From an uncultured Gammaproteobacteria bacterium (lineage in GTDB: Bacteria; Pseudomonadota; Gammaproteobacteria; CAKMZV01), in the NCBI GenBank assembly GCA_929200535.1, contig CAKMZV010000003.1:25171-89170 (forward strand): a stretch of 64,000 nt of DNA, in the 5' to 3' direction. The translations under genes and the position numbers were made by a program. The notes below the pieces were generated by a model. The model saw only the letters and a list, made by a program, of their open reading frames with translations, was not told the DNA's origin and did not search any database. Below, one piece after another: positions 32,051 to 41,952 of the stretch (position 1 is the stretch's first letter; each line of letters begins with the position of its first letter).

Positions 32051-32767
32051 ATGAATTTATTAGATAGCGGAATTATCGGAAATGGAATGATTGCCTCTGA
32101 AATAAAAAAAAGTTGGCAAAATCCCGCAAATTATGTCATATTTGCATCTGGAGTATCAGATTCATTATGTACCGACTCTAGCCAATTTGCAAGAGAAAAA
32201 AACCTCTTATCACAGATAATTGAACAGTTAAATGATGATAGAATACTAGTATACTTTAGTACTTGTAGTGTTTTTGATGCCTCTAAAATCAAAATATCGC
32301 AGTATATACAGCATAAATTAGCTATGGAGTCTTTAGTAAAGAAATGTGAATCCTATCAAATATTTCGATTACCTCAAATAATTGGTATTAGTAATTCCAA
32401 AAAAACCTTAGTTAGCTATTTCTATGAGGCAATCACGAATACCCGAAAACTCATTATACAACGCAATGCTATAAGAAATCTTCTTGATGTCACAGATGTT
32501 GTTAGTTTAACTTCAGCTATATGCGACAGTAAAAAATTTATTAATTCTACGCTTAATATTGCAAGCACTCGATACGATTCAGTAATTCGAATTGTGGAAA
32601 TTTTGGAAAAATTGATCGGTCAAAAAGCGTTAACAAAATATATTGATGGTGGAAGTGCTTATTTTATCGATACTAAAATTGTGGAAGAATTTAATAAAAA
32701 TCTTGGAATTGTATTTGATGCTCAATACTTACCTAGGGTCATTCAAAAATATTACGGTTCATGTTAA
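32051..32767 (+). CDS. Short NDP-sugar reductase, probable dTDP-D-fucose synthase (Fcd-like)
   Basis: IIGNGMIA, IFASGVSDS, VYFSTCS, YIQHK, RLPQIIG; resembles Aggregatibacter Fcd from memory. Confidence 0.6.
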   Translation: MNLLDSGIIGNGMIASEIKKSWQNPANYVIFASGVSDSLCTDSSQFAREKNLLSQIIEQLNDDRILVYFSTCSVFDASKIKISQYIQHKLAMESLVKKCESYQIFRLPQIIGISNSKKTLVSYFYEAITNTRKLIIQRNAIRNLLDVTDVVSLTSAICDSKKFINSTLNIASTRYDSVIRIVEILEKLIGQKALTKYIDGGSAYFIDTKIVEEFNKNLGIVFDAQYLPRVIQKYYGSC

Positions 32768-32768
32768 T

Positions 32769-33908
32769 ATGAATTTAAAAAAAAAAATATGTATTCGCTG
32801 TGTGATGGATTACAGAGATTCAAAAATTACTTTTGATGAAAATGGTATTTGTGATCATTGTCAAAATTTTGATAATAACATTAAACCTAATTGGCACACG
32901 GATCAAAAAGGAGATTTAGAATTAAAACAAATAACTACCAAAATAAAGCAAGAGGGCATTAACAAAGATTTTGACTGTATTATTGGCTTAAGTGGCGGGC
33001 TGGATAGTTCGTATACTGCTTATATTGCGAAAGAGATTATGGGTCTAAGACCATTATTGCTGCATGTTGATGCAGGATGGAATACTGATCAAGCAGTAAG
33101 TAATATTGAAAAATTAGTTAATGGATTAGAGTTAGAGCTCTATACAGAAGTAATAAATTGGAAAGAAATGCAAGACTTGCAAGTAGCATTTTTAAAATCA
33201 CAAATACCCGACCAGGACATTCCACAAGATACTGCGTTTTTTTCAACACTCTATAAATTTGCAAAACAACATGGCATAAAATATGTTTTAACTGGTGGCA
33301 ACTATTCAACAGAATGTTGTCGAGAACCTGATGAGTGGGGGGCATTCCCTGGTATAGATAAAACATTAATTAATAATATACATAAAAATTTTGGCTCACA
33401 AAAACTAAAAACTTTTCCAATTATAGATACCTTAGTTTATAAAATATTCTATCATAGAATTTTAGGTATGAAAGTCTTTAAACCTTTGAATTATGTTCCC
33501 TTTATCAAGAAAGATGCTGAAATTTTATTAAATGAAAAATATGGTTGGAAACCATTTCAACACAAACATCATGAATCTCGATTTACTCGCTTCTATGAAG
33601 ATTATTGGATGCCGAGAAAATTTGGATATGAAAAACGGCGTGCACATTTTTCAAGCTTAATTATGACTGAACAAATGACCAGAGAGAGTGCGATAGAACG
33701 ATTAAAAACTCCAGAAATGGATGATCAGTTTATGAAATTAGAATTTGAATTTGTTGCTAATAAACTCAATCTTTCAGTGGCTGAACTTCAAGAGATATTT
33801 GATGGCAAAAATAAAAACTTTCATGATTATAAAAACAAATATAAAATTTTTCATTTTGGAGGAAAGATTTTAAATTTTCTAGGCTTGGAGCGTAGACAAT
33901 ACCGATGA
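32769..33908 (+). CDS. wbuX: N-acetyl sugar amidotransferase (WbuX/WbpG family)
   Basis: CIRCVMD..CDHC Zn motif and GLSGGLDSS PP-loop; start reassigned to ATG 32769. Confidence 0.85.
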   Translation: MNLKKKICIRCVMDYRDSKITFDENGICDHCQNFDNNIKPNWHTDQKGDLELKQITTKIKQEGINKDFDCIIGLSGGLDSSYTAYIAKEIMGLRPLLLHVDAGWNTDQAVSNIEKLVNGLELELYTEVINWKEMQDLQVAFLKSQIPDQDIPQDTAFFSTLYKFAKQHGIKYVLTGGNYSTECCREPDEWGAFPGIDKTLINNIHKNFGSQKLKTFPIIDTLVYKIFYHRILGMKVFKPLNYVPFIKKDAEILLNEKYGWKPFQHKHHESRFTRFYEDYWMPRKFGYEKRRAHFSSLIMTEQMTRESAIERLKTPEMDDQFMKLEFEFVANKLNLSVAELQEIFDGKNKNFHDYKNKYKIFHFGGKILNFLGLERRQYR

Positions 33909-34528
33909 TTACGATTATTGATTACGGTTTAGGCAATATTCAGGCATTTTTAAATATCTATAAAGAGTTGCACGTACCTGCACAAGTTGCTAGGAACAAG
34001 GATGACTTAGAAGGTGCTAGCAAGTTGATTTTACCTGGCGTTGGGCATTTTGACTATGCAATGCAGAAGTTTAACACTTCTGGCATGCGAGAAGAGATTG
34101 AAAGGCTTGTACTAAAGAATAAAGTTACTACACTGGGTATTTGCGTGGGTATGCAAATGATGGCAGATTTTAGTGAAGAAGGCGTTGAAACTGGATTAGG
34201 CTGGATTAAAGGGACTATCAAGAATCTCAAAGCAATTTTAAAAAATAAAGATGAACACAATTTACCACTCCCTCATATGGGATGGAATAAAGTAACATCA
34301 AATCATAAACGCTTATTTAATAACCTTAACTCTAATGATTTAGAATTTTACTTTTTACATTCGTATTACTTTGATTGTACTTCTAAAAAAAATTATATTG
34401 CGAATACGAGATATGGTTCAAATTTTTGTTGTGCTGTAAATAGTGAAAATATCTTTGGTGTACAATTTCACCCAGAAAAAAGTCATCATTTTGGTGTTCA
34501 ATTGCTTAAAAATTTTTCAGAATTATAG
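33905..34528 (+). CDS. wbuY: HisH-like glutaminase of the LPS amidination module
   Basis: IDYGLGN, PGVG, GICVGMQ, QFHPEKS. Confidence 0.85.
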   Translation: MITIIDYGLGNIQAFLNIYKELHVPAQVARNKDDLEGASKLILPGVGHFDYAMQKFNTSGMREEIERLVLKNKVTTLGICVGMQMMADFSEEGVETGLGWIKGTIKNLKAILKNKDEHNLPLPHMGWNKVTSNHKRLFNNLNSNDLEFYFLHSYYFDCTSKKNYIANTRYGSNFCCAVNSENIFGVQFHPEKSHHFGVQLLKNFSEL

Positions 34529-34532
34529 ATAT

Positions 34533-35303
34533 ATGCTAAGAGCAAGAGTGACGCCATGTTTATTGGTACAAGATGGCGGATTAGTAAAGACTACTAAGTT
34601 TCAAGACGCTAAATATATCGGAGATCCAATTAATGCAGTAAGAATTTTCAATGAGAAAAAAGCAGATGAACTAATTGTTTTAGATATACATGCTAGTGCA
34701 AATAACGCAGAACCAGATTATAAGATGATTAAACATCTTGCCAAAGAATGTCGCATGCCATTATGCTATGGAGGTGGTATTAAAACTCTATCGCATGTTG
34801 AAAAAATTATCGCCTTAGGAGTAGAAAAGGTTGCTTTAAGCTCTATTGTGCTTGAGCAGCCTAATCTCATTATCGAAATCGCTAATAAGGTTGGGCGGCA
34901 AAGTGTTGTTGTGGTTTTAGATATTAAGAAAAAAGCGTTATCTAATAGTTACACCATTTGGACACTAAACGGAAAACACAACACGAAGAAAAACGTAATT
35001 GATATTATACAAAAAGTCCAAAATTTAGGTATCGGTGAAATTATTTTAAATTTCATTGATTTTGATGGTACTGAATCTGGCTATCCTATTAAAGTCATTC
35101 AGCAACTAAAGAGCTACATCCAAGTCCCTCTAACTATATTAGGAGGAGCTAAATCTCTTGAAGATATGGGTAGTGCAATAAAACAGTGTGGATTAATGGG
35201 TGTTGCTGCAGGTAGCTTATTTGTTTTTAAAGGGAAGTATCGTGCAGTCTTGATTAATTACCCTAACCAGCAACAAAAAGAAAAATTCATATATGGAAAA
35301 TAA
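34533..35303 (+). CDS. wbuZ: HisF-like partner of the amidination module
   Basis: GLVKT..YIGDPINAVRIFNEK, YGGGI, C-terminal AAGSLFVFKGKYRAVLINY typical of HisF2. Confidence 0.85.
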   Translation: MLRARVTPCLLVQDGGLVKTTKFQDAKYIGDPINAVRIFNEKKADELIVLDIHASANNAEPDYKMIKHLAKECRMPLCYGGGIKTLSHVEKIIALGVEKVALSSIVLEQPNLIIEIANKVGRQSVVVVLDIKKKALSNSYTIWTLNGKHNTKKNVIDIIQKVQNLGIGEIILNFIDFDGTESGYPIKVIQQLKSYIQVPLTILGGAKSLEDMGSAIKQCGLMGVAAGSLFVFKGKYRAVLINYPNQQQKEKFIYGK

Positions 35304-36336
35304 CGTTTTTAAAAATAAAACTTTATTAATCACTGGTGGTACTGGGTCTTTTGGCAATGCTGTATTAAAACGCTTTCTTAATACAGATATAACTCAAATA
35401 CGTATCTTTAGTCGTGATGAAAAGAAGCAAGACGATATGCGTCGCAAATATGCTGATAATCGCCTCCAATTTTTTATTGGTGATGTAAGAGACTATGAGT
35501 CTATAATAAATGCCATCAGAGGGGTTGATTATGTTTTTCATTCAGCGGCTTTAAAACAAGTACCATCATGTGAATTCCATCCAATTGAAGCTGTAAAAAC
35601 AAATATATTGGGAACAGAAAATGTATTAACTGCAGCTATTAATACTCAGGTAAAACGAGTGGTTTGTTTAAGCACAGATAAAGCAGTTTATCCAATAAAT
35701 GCCATGGGGATATCAAAAGCGATGATGGAAAAAATTGTAGTTGCAAAAGCACGGCAAGGTGGAAAACAGACAGTAATATGTGGAACTCGCTATGGCAATG
35801 TTATGGCATCTCGAGGCTCTGTCATTCCTCTTTTTTTAGAGTTAATATGTCAAAACAAACCCTTGACCTTAACAGATCCATATATGACGCGTTTTATGAT
35901 GACCTTGGAGGACGCTGTAAATTTAGTTTTATTTGCTTTTGAAAATGGAAAGGGCGGGGATATTTTTGTACAAAAAGCTCCCGCCGCAACCATTAAAATC
36001 TTAGCACAAGCTTTATGCGAAATCATGGATAAACGAAATTATCCAAACCAAATCATAGGTACTAGGCACGGAGAAAAAAAGTATGAGTCCCTCTTATCAA
36101 GAGAAGAGATGACATACGCCAAGGATATGGGAGAATACTATAAAATCCCTCCTGATTTAAGAGATTTAAATTACTCTAAATATATTGATTCAGGAGAAGA
36201 AAGTATTACTAATTCTAATGAATATAATTCTGATAATACCAGACAATTAAATATTGAAGAAATGAAGCTTTTACTGAATAAATTAAATTTTATCAAGGCA
36301 GCTAAAAAAGGTGAATTTCTTGATCCTGAAAGCTAA
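35293..36336 (+). CDS. fnlA: UDP-GlcNAc 4,6-dehydratase/5-epimerase
   Basis: GGTGSFG, SRDEKKQDDMR, KQVPSCEF, GTRHGEK. Confidence 0.92.
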   Translation: MENNVFKNKTLLITGGTGSFGNAVLKRFLNTDITQIRIFSRDEKKQDDMRRKYADNRLQFFIGDVRDYESIINAIRGVDYVFHSAALKQVPSCEFHPIEAVKTNILGTENVLTAAINTQVKRVVCLSTDKAVYPINAMGISKAMMEKIVVAKARQGGKQTVICGTRYGNVMASRGSVIPLFLELICQNKPLTLTDPYMTRFMMTLEDAVNLVLFAFENGKGGDIFVQKAPAATIKILAQALCEIMDKRNYPNQIIGTRHGEKKYESLLSREEMTYAKDMGEYYKIPPDLRDLNYSKYIDSGEESITNSNEYNSDNTRQLNIEEMKLLLNKLNFIKAAKKGEFLDPES

Positions 36337-36339
36337 AAA

Positions 36340-37443
36340 ATGAAAATATTAGTCACAGGTGCTGAAGGATTTATTGGCAAAAATTTAATTATTAAACTCA
36401 ATGAGTTGGGGATAGAGTTCAATCAATATACTCGTTCTAACTCCCCACAAGATTTGCCATATTTACTTGAAAACACTAAATGCGTGGTACATTTGGCTGG
36501 CGAAAATAGACCTTTAAAAAAGGAAAAATTTGATATTGTAAATGCTGGATTAACCGAATCACTTTGTGAAGCGATTCGTATAAAAGAACGCAAAATTCCT
36601 ATTATTTTTTCTTCTTCCTCGCAAGCAATACTTGACAATGCTTATGGGGAAAGTAAATTAAAAGCCGAAACGATTATACGAAAGCTTAGTGCACAAATTA
36701 AAAACCAAGTATATATTTACCGTTTACCAGGGGTATTTGGCAAGTGGTGTAAGCCAAATTATAATTCTGTTGTCGCTACATTTTGCCATAATATTAGCCA
36801 CAATCTACCCATTAAAGTAAATGATACTTCTGTAGAATTAGAGTTAGTCTATATAGATGATGTCATCTCAGAATTTATTTCTATTATTCAAGGAGAGAAG
36901 AAGCATTGTAAAAATTTAACTCTTCAACCAAGTTATAAAATAACTCTTGGTGATTTAGCCAATCAAATAAAACACTTTCGCGAAAGCAGAACTTCCCTTG
37001 TATCAGAAAAAGTGGGGACAGGATTAATTAGAAAACTTTACTCAACCTATCTTAGTTATTTGCCTCCAGAGCAATTTTCTTATCCTATATTAACTCACAG
37101 GGATGCGAGGGGAATGTTTGCGGAAGTTTTAAAAACAAAAGATAGTGGGCAATTTTCATTTTTCACTGCAGATGTGGGGGTAACTCGAGGAGGACATTAT
37201 CACCATACTAAAACTGAAAAGTTTTTAGTTTTACAAGGGACTGTACAGTTTAATTTTAAGCATATTGTTTCAGGAAAAACATATAAAATCATCACTTCAT
37301 CAACTAAATTGGAAATTGTTGAAACTCCCCCAGGTTGGTCTCATAGTATTACTAATATTAGCACTCAAGAAATAATTGTTATGCTTTGGGCTAATGAAAT
37401 ATTTGATCCAAATACTCCTGACACAATTTCCTACAAGATATAA
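36340..37443 (+). CDS. fnlB: UDP-sugar epimerase/reductase with cupin domain
   Basis: GKWCKPNYNSVVATFC, RGGHYHHTKTEKF. Confidence 0.92.
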   Translation: MKILVTGAEGFIGKNLIIKLNELGIEFNQYTRSNSPQDLPYLLENTKCVVHLAGENRPLKKEKFDIVNAGLTESLCEAIRIKERKIPIIFSSSSQAILDNAYGESKLKAETIIRKLSAQIKNQVYIYRLPGVFGKWCKPNYNSVVATFCHNISHNLPIKVNDTSVELELVYIDDVISEFISIIQGEKKHCKNLTLQPSYKITLGDLANQIKHFRESRTSLVSEKVGTGLIRKLYSTYLSYLPPEQFSYPILTHRDARGMFAEVLKTKDSGQFSFFTADVGVTRGGHYHHTKTEKFLVLQGTVQFNFKHIVSGKTYKIITSSTKLEIVETPPGWSHSITNISTQEIIVMLWANEIFDPNTPDTISYKI

Positions 37444-37447
37444 AAAA

Positions 37448-38578
37448 ATGAAAAAGATAAAAGTTGCCACGATTGTCGGAACTCGACCAGAAATAATTCG
37501 CCTATCGTGCGTCATTAAAAAATTAGACCAATACTGCGAACATATACTCATTCACACAGGACAAAACTATGATTATGAATTAAATGAAATATTTTTTAAT
37601 GATTTAGATATTCGGAAGCCTGATTATTTTTTAGATGCTGCTGGATTAAGTAGTGCCGAAACAATTGGTAATGTCATTATTAAAGTTGATAAAGTGCTGG
37701 AAAAAATCAAGCCAGAGGCTGTGCTTGTATTAGGAGATACAAATAGTTGTATGGCAGTATTACCAGCTAAACGTAGAAAAATTCCTACTTTTCATATGGA
37801 AGCAGGCAATCGTTGTTTTGACCAACGTGTTCCAGAAGAAATTAATCGACGTTTGGTAGATCATATGGCAGATATTAACCTCACCTATAGCAACATTGCT
37901 CGAAGTTATTTATTAGCAGAAGGATTACCTGCCGATATGATCATCAAAACTGGGAGTCCCATGCTTGAAGTCCTGAATACCTACCTTCAAGGAATAGATG
38001 CCTCCGATATATTAACACATTTAAATTTAAAAAAATATGACTTTTTTGTCGTGAGCGCTCACCGCGAAGAAAATATCAACTCTGATGAAAATTTTTCAAA
38101 TTTGATAACAACACTCAATCATATTGCTACAACCTATCAAAAACCAATTATCATATCAACACATCCTCGTACTCAAAAACGTATTGACTCTCTCTCTCTC
38201 AAATTAAATTCCTTAATTAGATTACTAAAACCTCTAGGTTTTAAAGATTATAATAAATTACAAATTTCAGCTAAAGCTGTGTTATCAGATAGTGGCACTA
38301 TCAATGAAGAATCCTCTATTTTAAATTTCCCAGCTTTAAACCTTCGTGAAGCACATGAGCGTCCAGAAGGTATGGAGGAAGCTGCCGTTATTTTAACTGG
38401 GCTAAAAAAAGAAAGAATTATGCAAGCTTTGGAGATTATTCATAAGCAACCCAGAGGAAATCAGAGATTAATACGTCAAGTTTATGATTACACATCACCT
38501 AATGTGTCTGATAAAATAGTACGATTAATTCATAGTTATACAGACTATGTAAATCGTATTGTCTGGAAGAAATTTTAA
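37448..38578 (+). CDS. fnlC: UDP-L-FucNAc-forming 2-epimerase
   Basis: GTRPEIIRLS, HTGQNYDYELN, EAGNRCFD, DSGTINEE, HERPE. Confidence 0.9.
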   Translation: MKKIKVATIVGTRPEIIRLSCVIKKLDQYCEHILIHTGQNYDYELNEIFFNDLDIRKPDYFLDAAGLSSAETIGNVIIKVDKVLEKIKPEAVLVLGDTNSCMAVLPAKRRKIPTFHMEAGNRCFDQRVPEEINRRLVDHMADINLTYSNIARSYLLAEGLPADMIIKTGSPMLEVLNTYLQGIDASDILTHLNLKKYDFFVVSAHREENINSDENFSNLITTLNHIATTYQKPIIISTHPRTQKRIDSLSLKLNSLIRLLKPLGFKDYNKLQISAKAVLSDSGTINEESSILNFPALNLREAHERPEGMEEAAVILTGLKKERIMQALEIIHKQPRGNQRLIRQVYDYTSPNVSDKIVRLIHSYTDYVNRIVWKKF

Positions 38579-38579
38579 T

Positions 38580-39767
38580 ATGCTATTCAAACTAAAGAGA
38601 TACGATTTTGCTATTGTGCATCGTAATTTTTGGCCAAAAAGTGACATTATAGGCGAAGCACTACTTCAATTAGCCGAAAAATCCCAAAAAAATGGAAAAA
38701 AAGTAGCTGTTATTACACAATCTTATAGTAATTTACATCAAACTTTGGAAGAAAAAAATAGAGGTAATAATATTCTTTTTAAAGTGAGCAAATTAAGAAG
38801 TGATTCCTCCACCAAGCTAATATATCGTATCATTGATATGATAATATTCACACTTTGGACATTTTTCAACTTGCTTTTAATCCGCCCTAAAAAAATATAT
38901 ATATCAACGGACCCTCCCTTATTGATTCCATTTATAGTATGTCTATACTCCAAACTATTTAAATGCTCATATACTTATCACCTACAAGACATACACCCTG
39001 AAATAACAAATACAATCACCAAGATAAATCCTCTACTTTTTAATCTCCTAAAAAAAATTGATAACTTTGTCGTTTGTAATGCAAGCAACGTTATTACCAT
39101 CACAAAAATAATGAAACAGGAAATTTTTCAAAGATTAGAGCATGAGATTAAGATTTATCTAATAGACAATCCCACAACTGCTATTATAAAAGCAGAAAAA
39201 TCTATTTCTCAAAAAATCAATGGGTTTGTTTTTTCAGGGAATGCGGGGAGATTGCAACAAATCCCACTACTTTTAAAAAGCATTGAAAAATATAAAAACC
39301 AAGGCGGAAAATTGCCATTCATATTTATTGGAGGTGGAATATATTCCGATGATATAAAATTATTAGCTAGGAAATATGAGGATGTAGAATTTAAAGGCAA
39401 AATGAGTTCTATAGAAGCGAACTCTCTCACTATTCAATATACATGGGCGTTGTTACCAATAGAAGATGCCGTTACAAAGTATGCATTCCCCTGTAAAACT
39501 TCTTCATACCTTTCCTGTAGAATGAATATTTTGTCTATTTGTTCACAAGATACAAGTGTCGCTCAATGGGTTTTAAAAAACAACTTTGGAATAAATGCAC
39601 AACCAAATACTCAGGAATTGGTGAAAACATTTTTTAAAATAGAAGACGGTATAACAATAAACAAACCAAATATGAATTCATACGATTTTTCCATTGAAAC
39701 ATATGTTGAAAAAATATTTCATATCATCTACGAAAATAATGAAAATTACTATGAAAAAAATATTTGA
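38580..39767 (+). CDS. GT4 glycosyltransferase (WbuB-like L-FucNAc transferase)
   Basis: NFWP, STDPP, YHLQDIHPE, SGNAGRLQ, FPCK; directly follows fnlABC. Confidence 0.75.
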   Translation: MLFKLKRYDFAIVHRNFWPKSDIIGEALLQLAEKSQKNGKKVAVITQSYSNLHQTLEEKNRGNNILFKVSKLRSDSSTKLIYRIIDMIIFTLWTFFNLLLIRPKKIYISTDPPLLIPFIVCLYSKLFKCSYTYHLQDIHPEITNTITKINPLLFNLLKKIDNFVVCNASNVITITKIMKQEIFQRLEHEIKIYLIDNPTTAIIKAEKSISQKINGFVFSGNAGRLQQIPLLLKSIEKYKNQGGKLPFIFIGGGIYSDDIKLLARKYEDVEFKGKMSSIEANSLTIQYTWALLPIEDAVTKYAFPCKTSSYLSCRMNILSICSQDTSVAQWVLKNNFGINAQPNTQELVKTFFKIEDGITINKPNMNSYDFSIETYVEKIFHIIYENNENYYEKNI

Positions 39768-40344
39768 TCTAACGATAGTTTTTACGACTTCTTTGTTAGT
39801 TTTACCAATATGCATTTTGATTGCAGTAATTATAAAATTTAAATTAGGATCCCCTGTATTATTTATACAAGTTCGTCCTGGATTAAATGCAAAAAAATTC
39901 CGTTTACTTAAGTTTAGGACAATGACCAATAAACAAGATATAAATGGAATTTTATTGCCTGATGCAGATAGGTTAACCAAATTTGGCAAATTTTTACGTT
40001 CAACAAGCTTAGATGAATTGCCCAGTCTGTTAAACGTATTAAAAGGAGATATGAGTTTAATAGGACCGCGACCATTGCTAGTAGAATATTTACCTTTATA
40101 TTCAGAAAAGCAAGCGAGAAGACATGAAGTTAAACCTGGTGTCACGGGCTGGGCTCAAGTTAATGGCCGCAATGTAATAAGCTGGGAAGAGAAATTTGAA
40201 TTGGATATTTGGTATGTCGATAATCAATCTATTTGGCTAGATATCAAAATATTATGGTTAACTGTAAAGACGGTGATTTTGCGTGATGGAATTAATCAAA
40301 AAAATAATGCCACTATGCCTATATTTAAAGGTTCTAAACAATGA
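39751..40344 (+). CDS. Initiating phosphoglycosyl transferase (PglC/WeeH type)
   Basis: KFRTM, LRSTSLDELP, MSLIGPRP, PGVTGWAQVNGRN. Confidence 0.92.
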   Translation: MKKIFDLTIVFTTSLLVLPICILIAVIIKFKLGSPVLFIQVRPGLNAKKFRLLKFRTMTNKQDINGILLPDADRLTKFGKFLRSTSLDELPSLLNVLKGDMSLIGPRPLLVEYLPLYSEKQARRHEVKPGVTGWAQVNGRNVISWEEKFELDIWYVDNQSIWLDIKILWLTVKTVILRDGINQKNNATMPIFKGSKQ

Positions 40345-41306
40345 CTAATATACTTATCACATCGGCTGGAAGAAGAGTTGAGTTAGTTGAAGCTTTTCAG
40401 ATAGAAGGACAAAAAATAGATAAAAACTTAAAAGTCATTTGTATTGATATAAAACCAAAATTATCATCGGCCTGCCAAGCTGCAGATTTTTCTTTTCAAT
40501 CACCAAAAGTCACCTGCCAAGAATATATAAGTTTTTTAAAGAAAATATGCGTCTCTCATTCAATCGCTTTGATTATTCCTACTCTTGATACAGAATTACT
40601 TATTCTATCAAAGCATAGAGAAGAATTTCTAAAACTTGGAGTCAATATAATAATATCTGATACGCTCTTAATTCAAACCTGTAGAAATAAAAATCATACT
40701 GCTAATTTGTTACATAAAATTGGTATTGAAACGCCTGTTATATACAATATTAATAATTTAAAATATCCTTGTTTCGTAAAACCATATGACGGTAGTTGTA
40801 GCGTGGGAGCGTTTATATTGAATGACGAGTCTATGTTAACTGAAAATATATTGAAAAATCCAAAAAACATGTTCATGGAACTTGTATCAAAAAATTATGA
40901 TGAATACACAGTTGATATTTATTTTGACAAATTTGGAAAATTAAAATCATTAGTACCCAGATTAAGAATTGAAACTAGAGCTGGAGAGATAAGTAAAGGA
41001 TTAACCTCTAAAGGGATTGTTTATGACTATTTAAAAGATAGGTTGCCTAACTTAGAAGGTGCTAAAGGCTGTATTACATTACAGTTATTTGTTAATTTAC
41101 ACGACGAATCATTTAAGGCTATTGAAATAAACCCTAGATTTGGAGGCGGTTATCCATTATCTTATTCTGCAGGTGCTAATTTTCCTAAAATGTTAATTCA
41201 AGAATATATTTTAAAAAAAACGGTCGATTTTATAGATAATTGGGAAGATAACCTTTTAATGTTAAGATACGATTCAAAAATACTTATTCATGGTTATAAA
41301 TCCTAA
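40341..41306 (+). CDS. ATP-grasp protein (PglB2 C-terminal-like)
   Basis: ILITSAGRRVELV, KPYDGS, EYTVD, EINPRFGGG. Confidence 0.85.
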   Translation: MTNILITSAGRRVELVEAFQIEGQKIDKNLKVICIDIKPKLSSACQAADFSFQSPKVTCQEYISFLKKICVSHSIALIIPTLDTELLILSKHREEFLKLGVNIIISDTLLIQTCRNKNHTANLLHKIGIETPVIYNINNLKYPCFVKPYDGSCSVGAFILNDESMLTENILKNPKNMFMELVSKNYDEYTVDIYFDKFGKLKSLVPRLRIETRAGEISKGLTSKGIVYDYLKDRLPNLEGAKGCITLQLFVNLHDESFKAIEINPRFGGGYPLSYSAGANFPKMLIQEYILKKTVDFIDNWEDNLLMLRYDSKILIHGYKS

Positions 41307-41952
41307 AAATACTTGTCTTGTTTTAGATTTAGATGATACTTTATATAAAGAGTATGACTATCAAACATCAGGTTTAAAATATATAGAAGAGCAGGTGTTT
41401 AAATTATATAATGTTAATTTGAAAGGGCAATTATTAAGACTGAGAGAACAAAAAGTACAAGATATTTTTCTAGAGCTCACTAAGATATTAAATATACCTC
41501 CTTCAACAAAAGCTTCTTTTCTTGCAATGTATCGTTATCATCGTCCAGATATCAAGCTATCCACAGATACAAAAAAATTTCTCAAATCAGTATTAAGTGA
41601 TTTTAAACAAGTGGTCATCCTAACAGATGGGAGAGCTGTTAGTCAACGATTAAAGTTGGAGTCCTTAGGTTTAATGAAGATTCCTGTGTTCATATCTGAA
41701 GAATGGAACTCAGTAAAACCAGATAATAAAAGATTTGTTACTATTATGGAAAAATATAATACCTGCACACAATTTTATTATATTGCAGATAATCCATCCA
41801 AAGATTTTATTGCTCCCAATGCTCTTGGTTGGCACTCTATATGTTTAAATGGTAGCCATTATAATATTCATTCACAAAATATTAGTCGAGTTTCCAAAGA
41901 ATACCTTCCTGACCATTATGTAAATTCCCTAAATGATATTTACACATGTTAA
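41290..41952 (+). CDS. HAD family hydrolase
   Basis: DLDDTLY, LTDG, KP, ADNPSKDF. Confidence 0.88.
   Translation: MVINPKNTCLVLDLDDTLYKEYDYQTSGLKYIEEQVFKLYNVNLKGQLLRLREQKVQDIFLELTKILNIPPSTKASFLAMYRYHRPDIKLSTDTKKFLKSVLSDFKQVVILTDGRAVSQRLKLESLGLMKIPVFISEEWNSVKPDNKRFVTIMEKYNTCTQFYYIADNPSKDFIAPNALGWHSICLNGSHYNIHSQNISRVSKEYLPDHYVNSLNDIYTC

Noticed and set aside
33905-35303. hisH/hisF as histidine biosynthesis genes
   Set aside because: They sit beside a WbuX amidotransferase inside a glycan locus and have the HisF2-type C-terminus; no other his genes are present.
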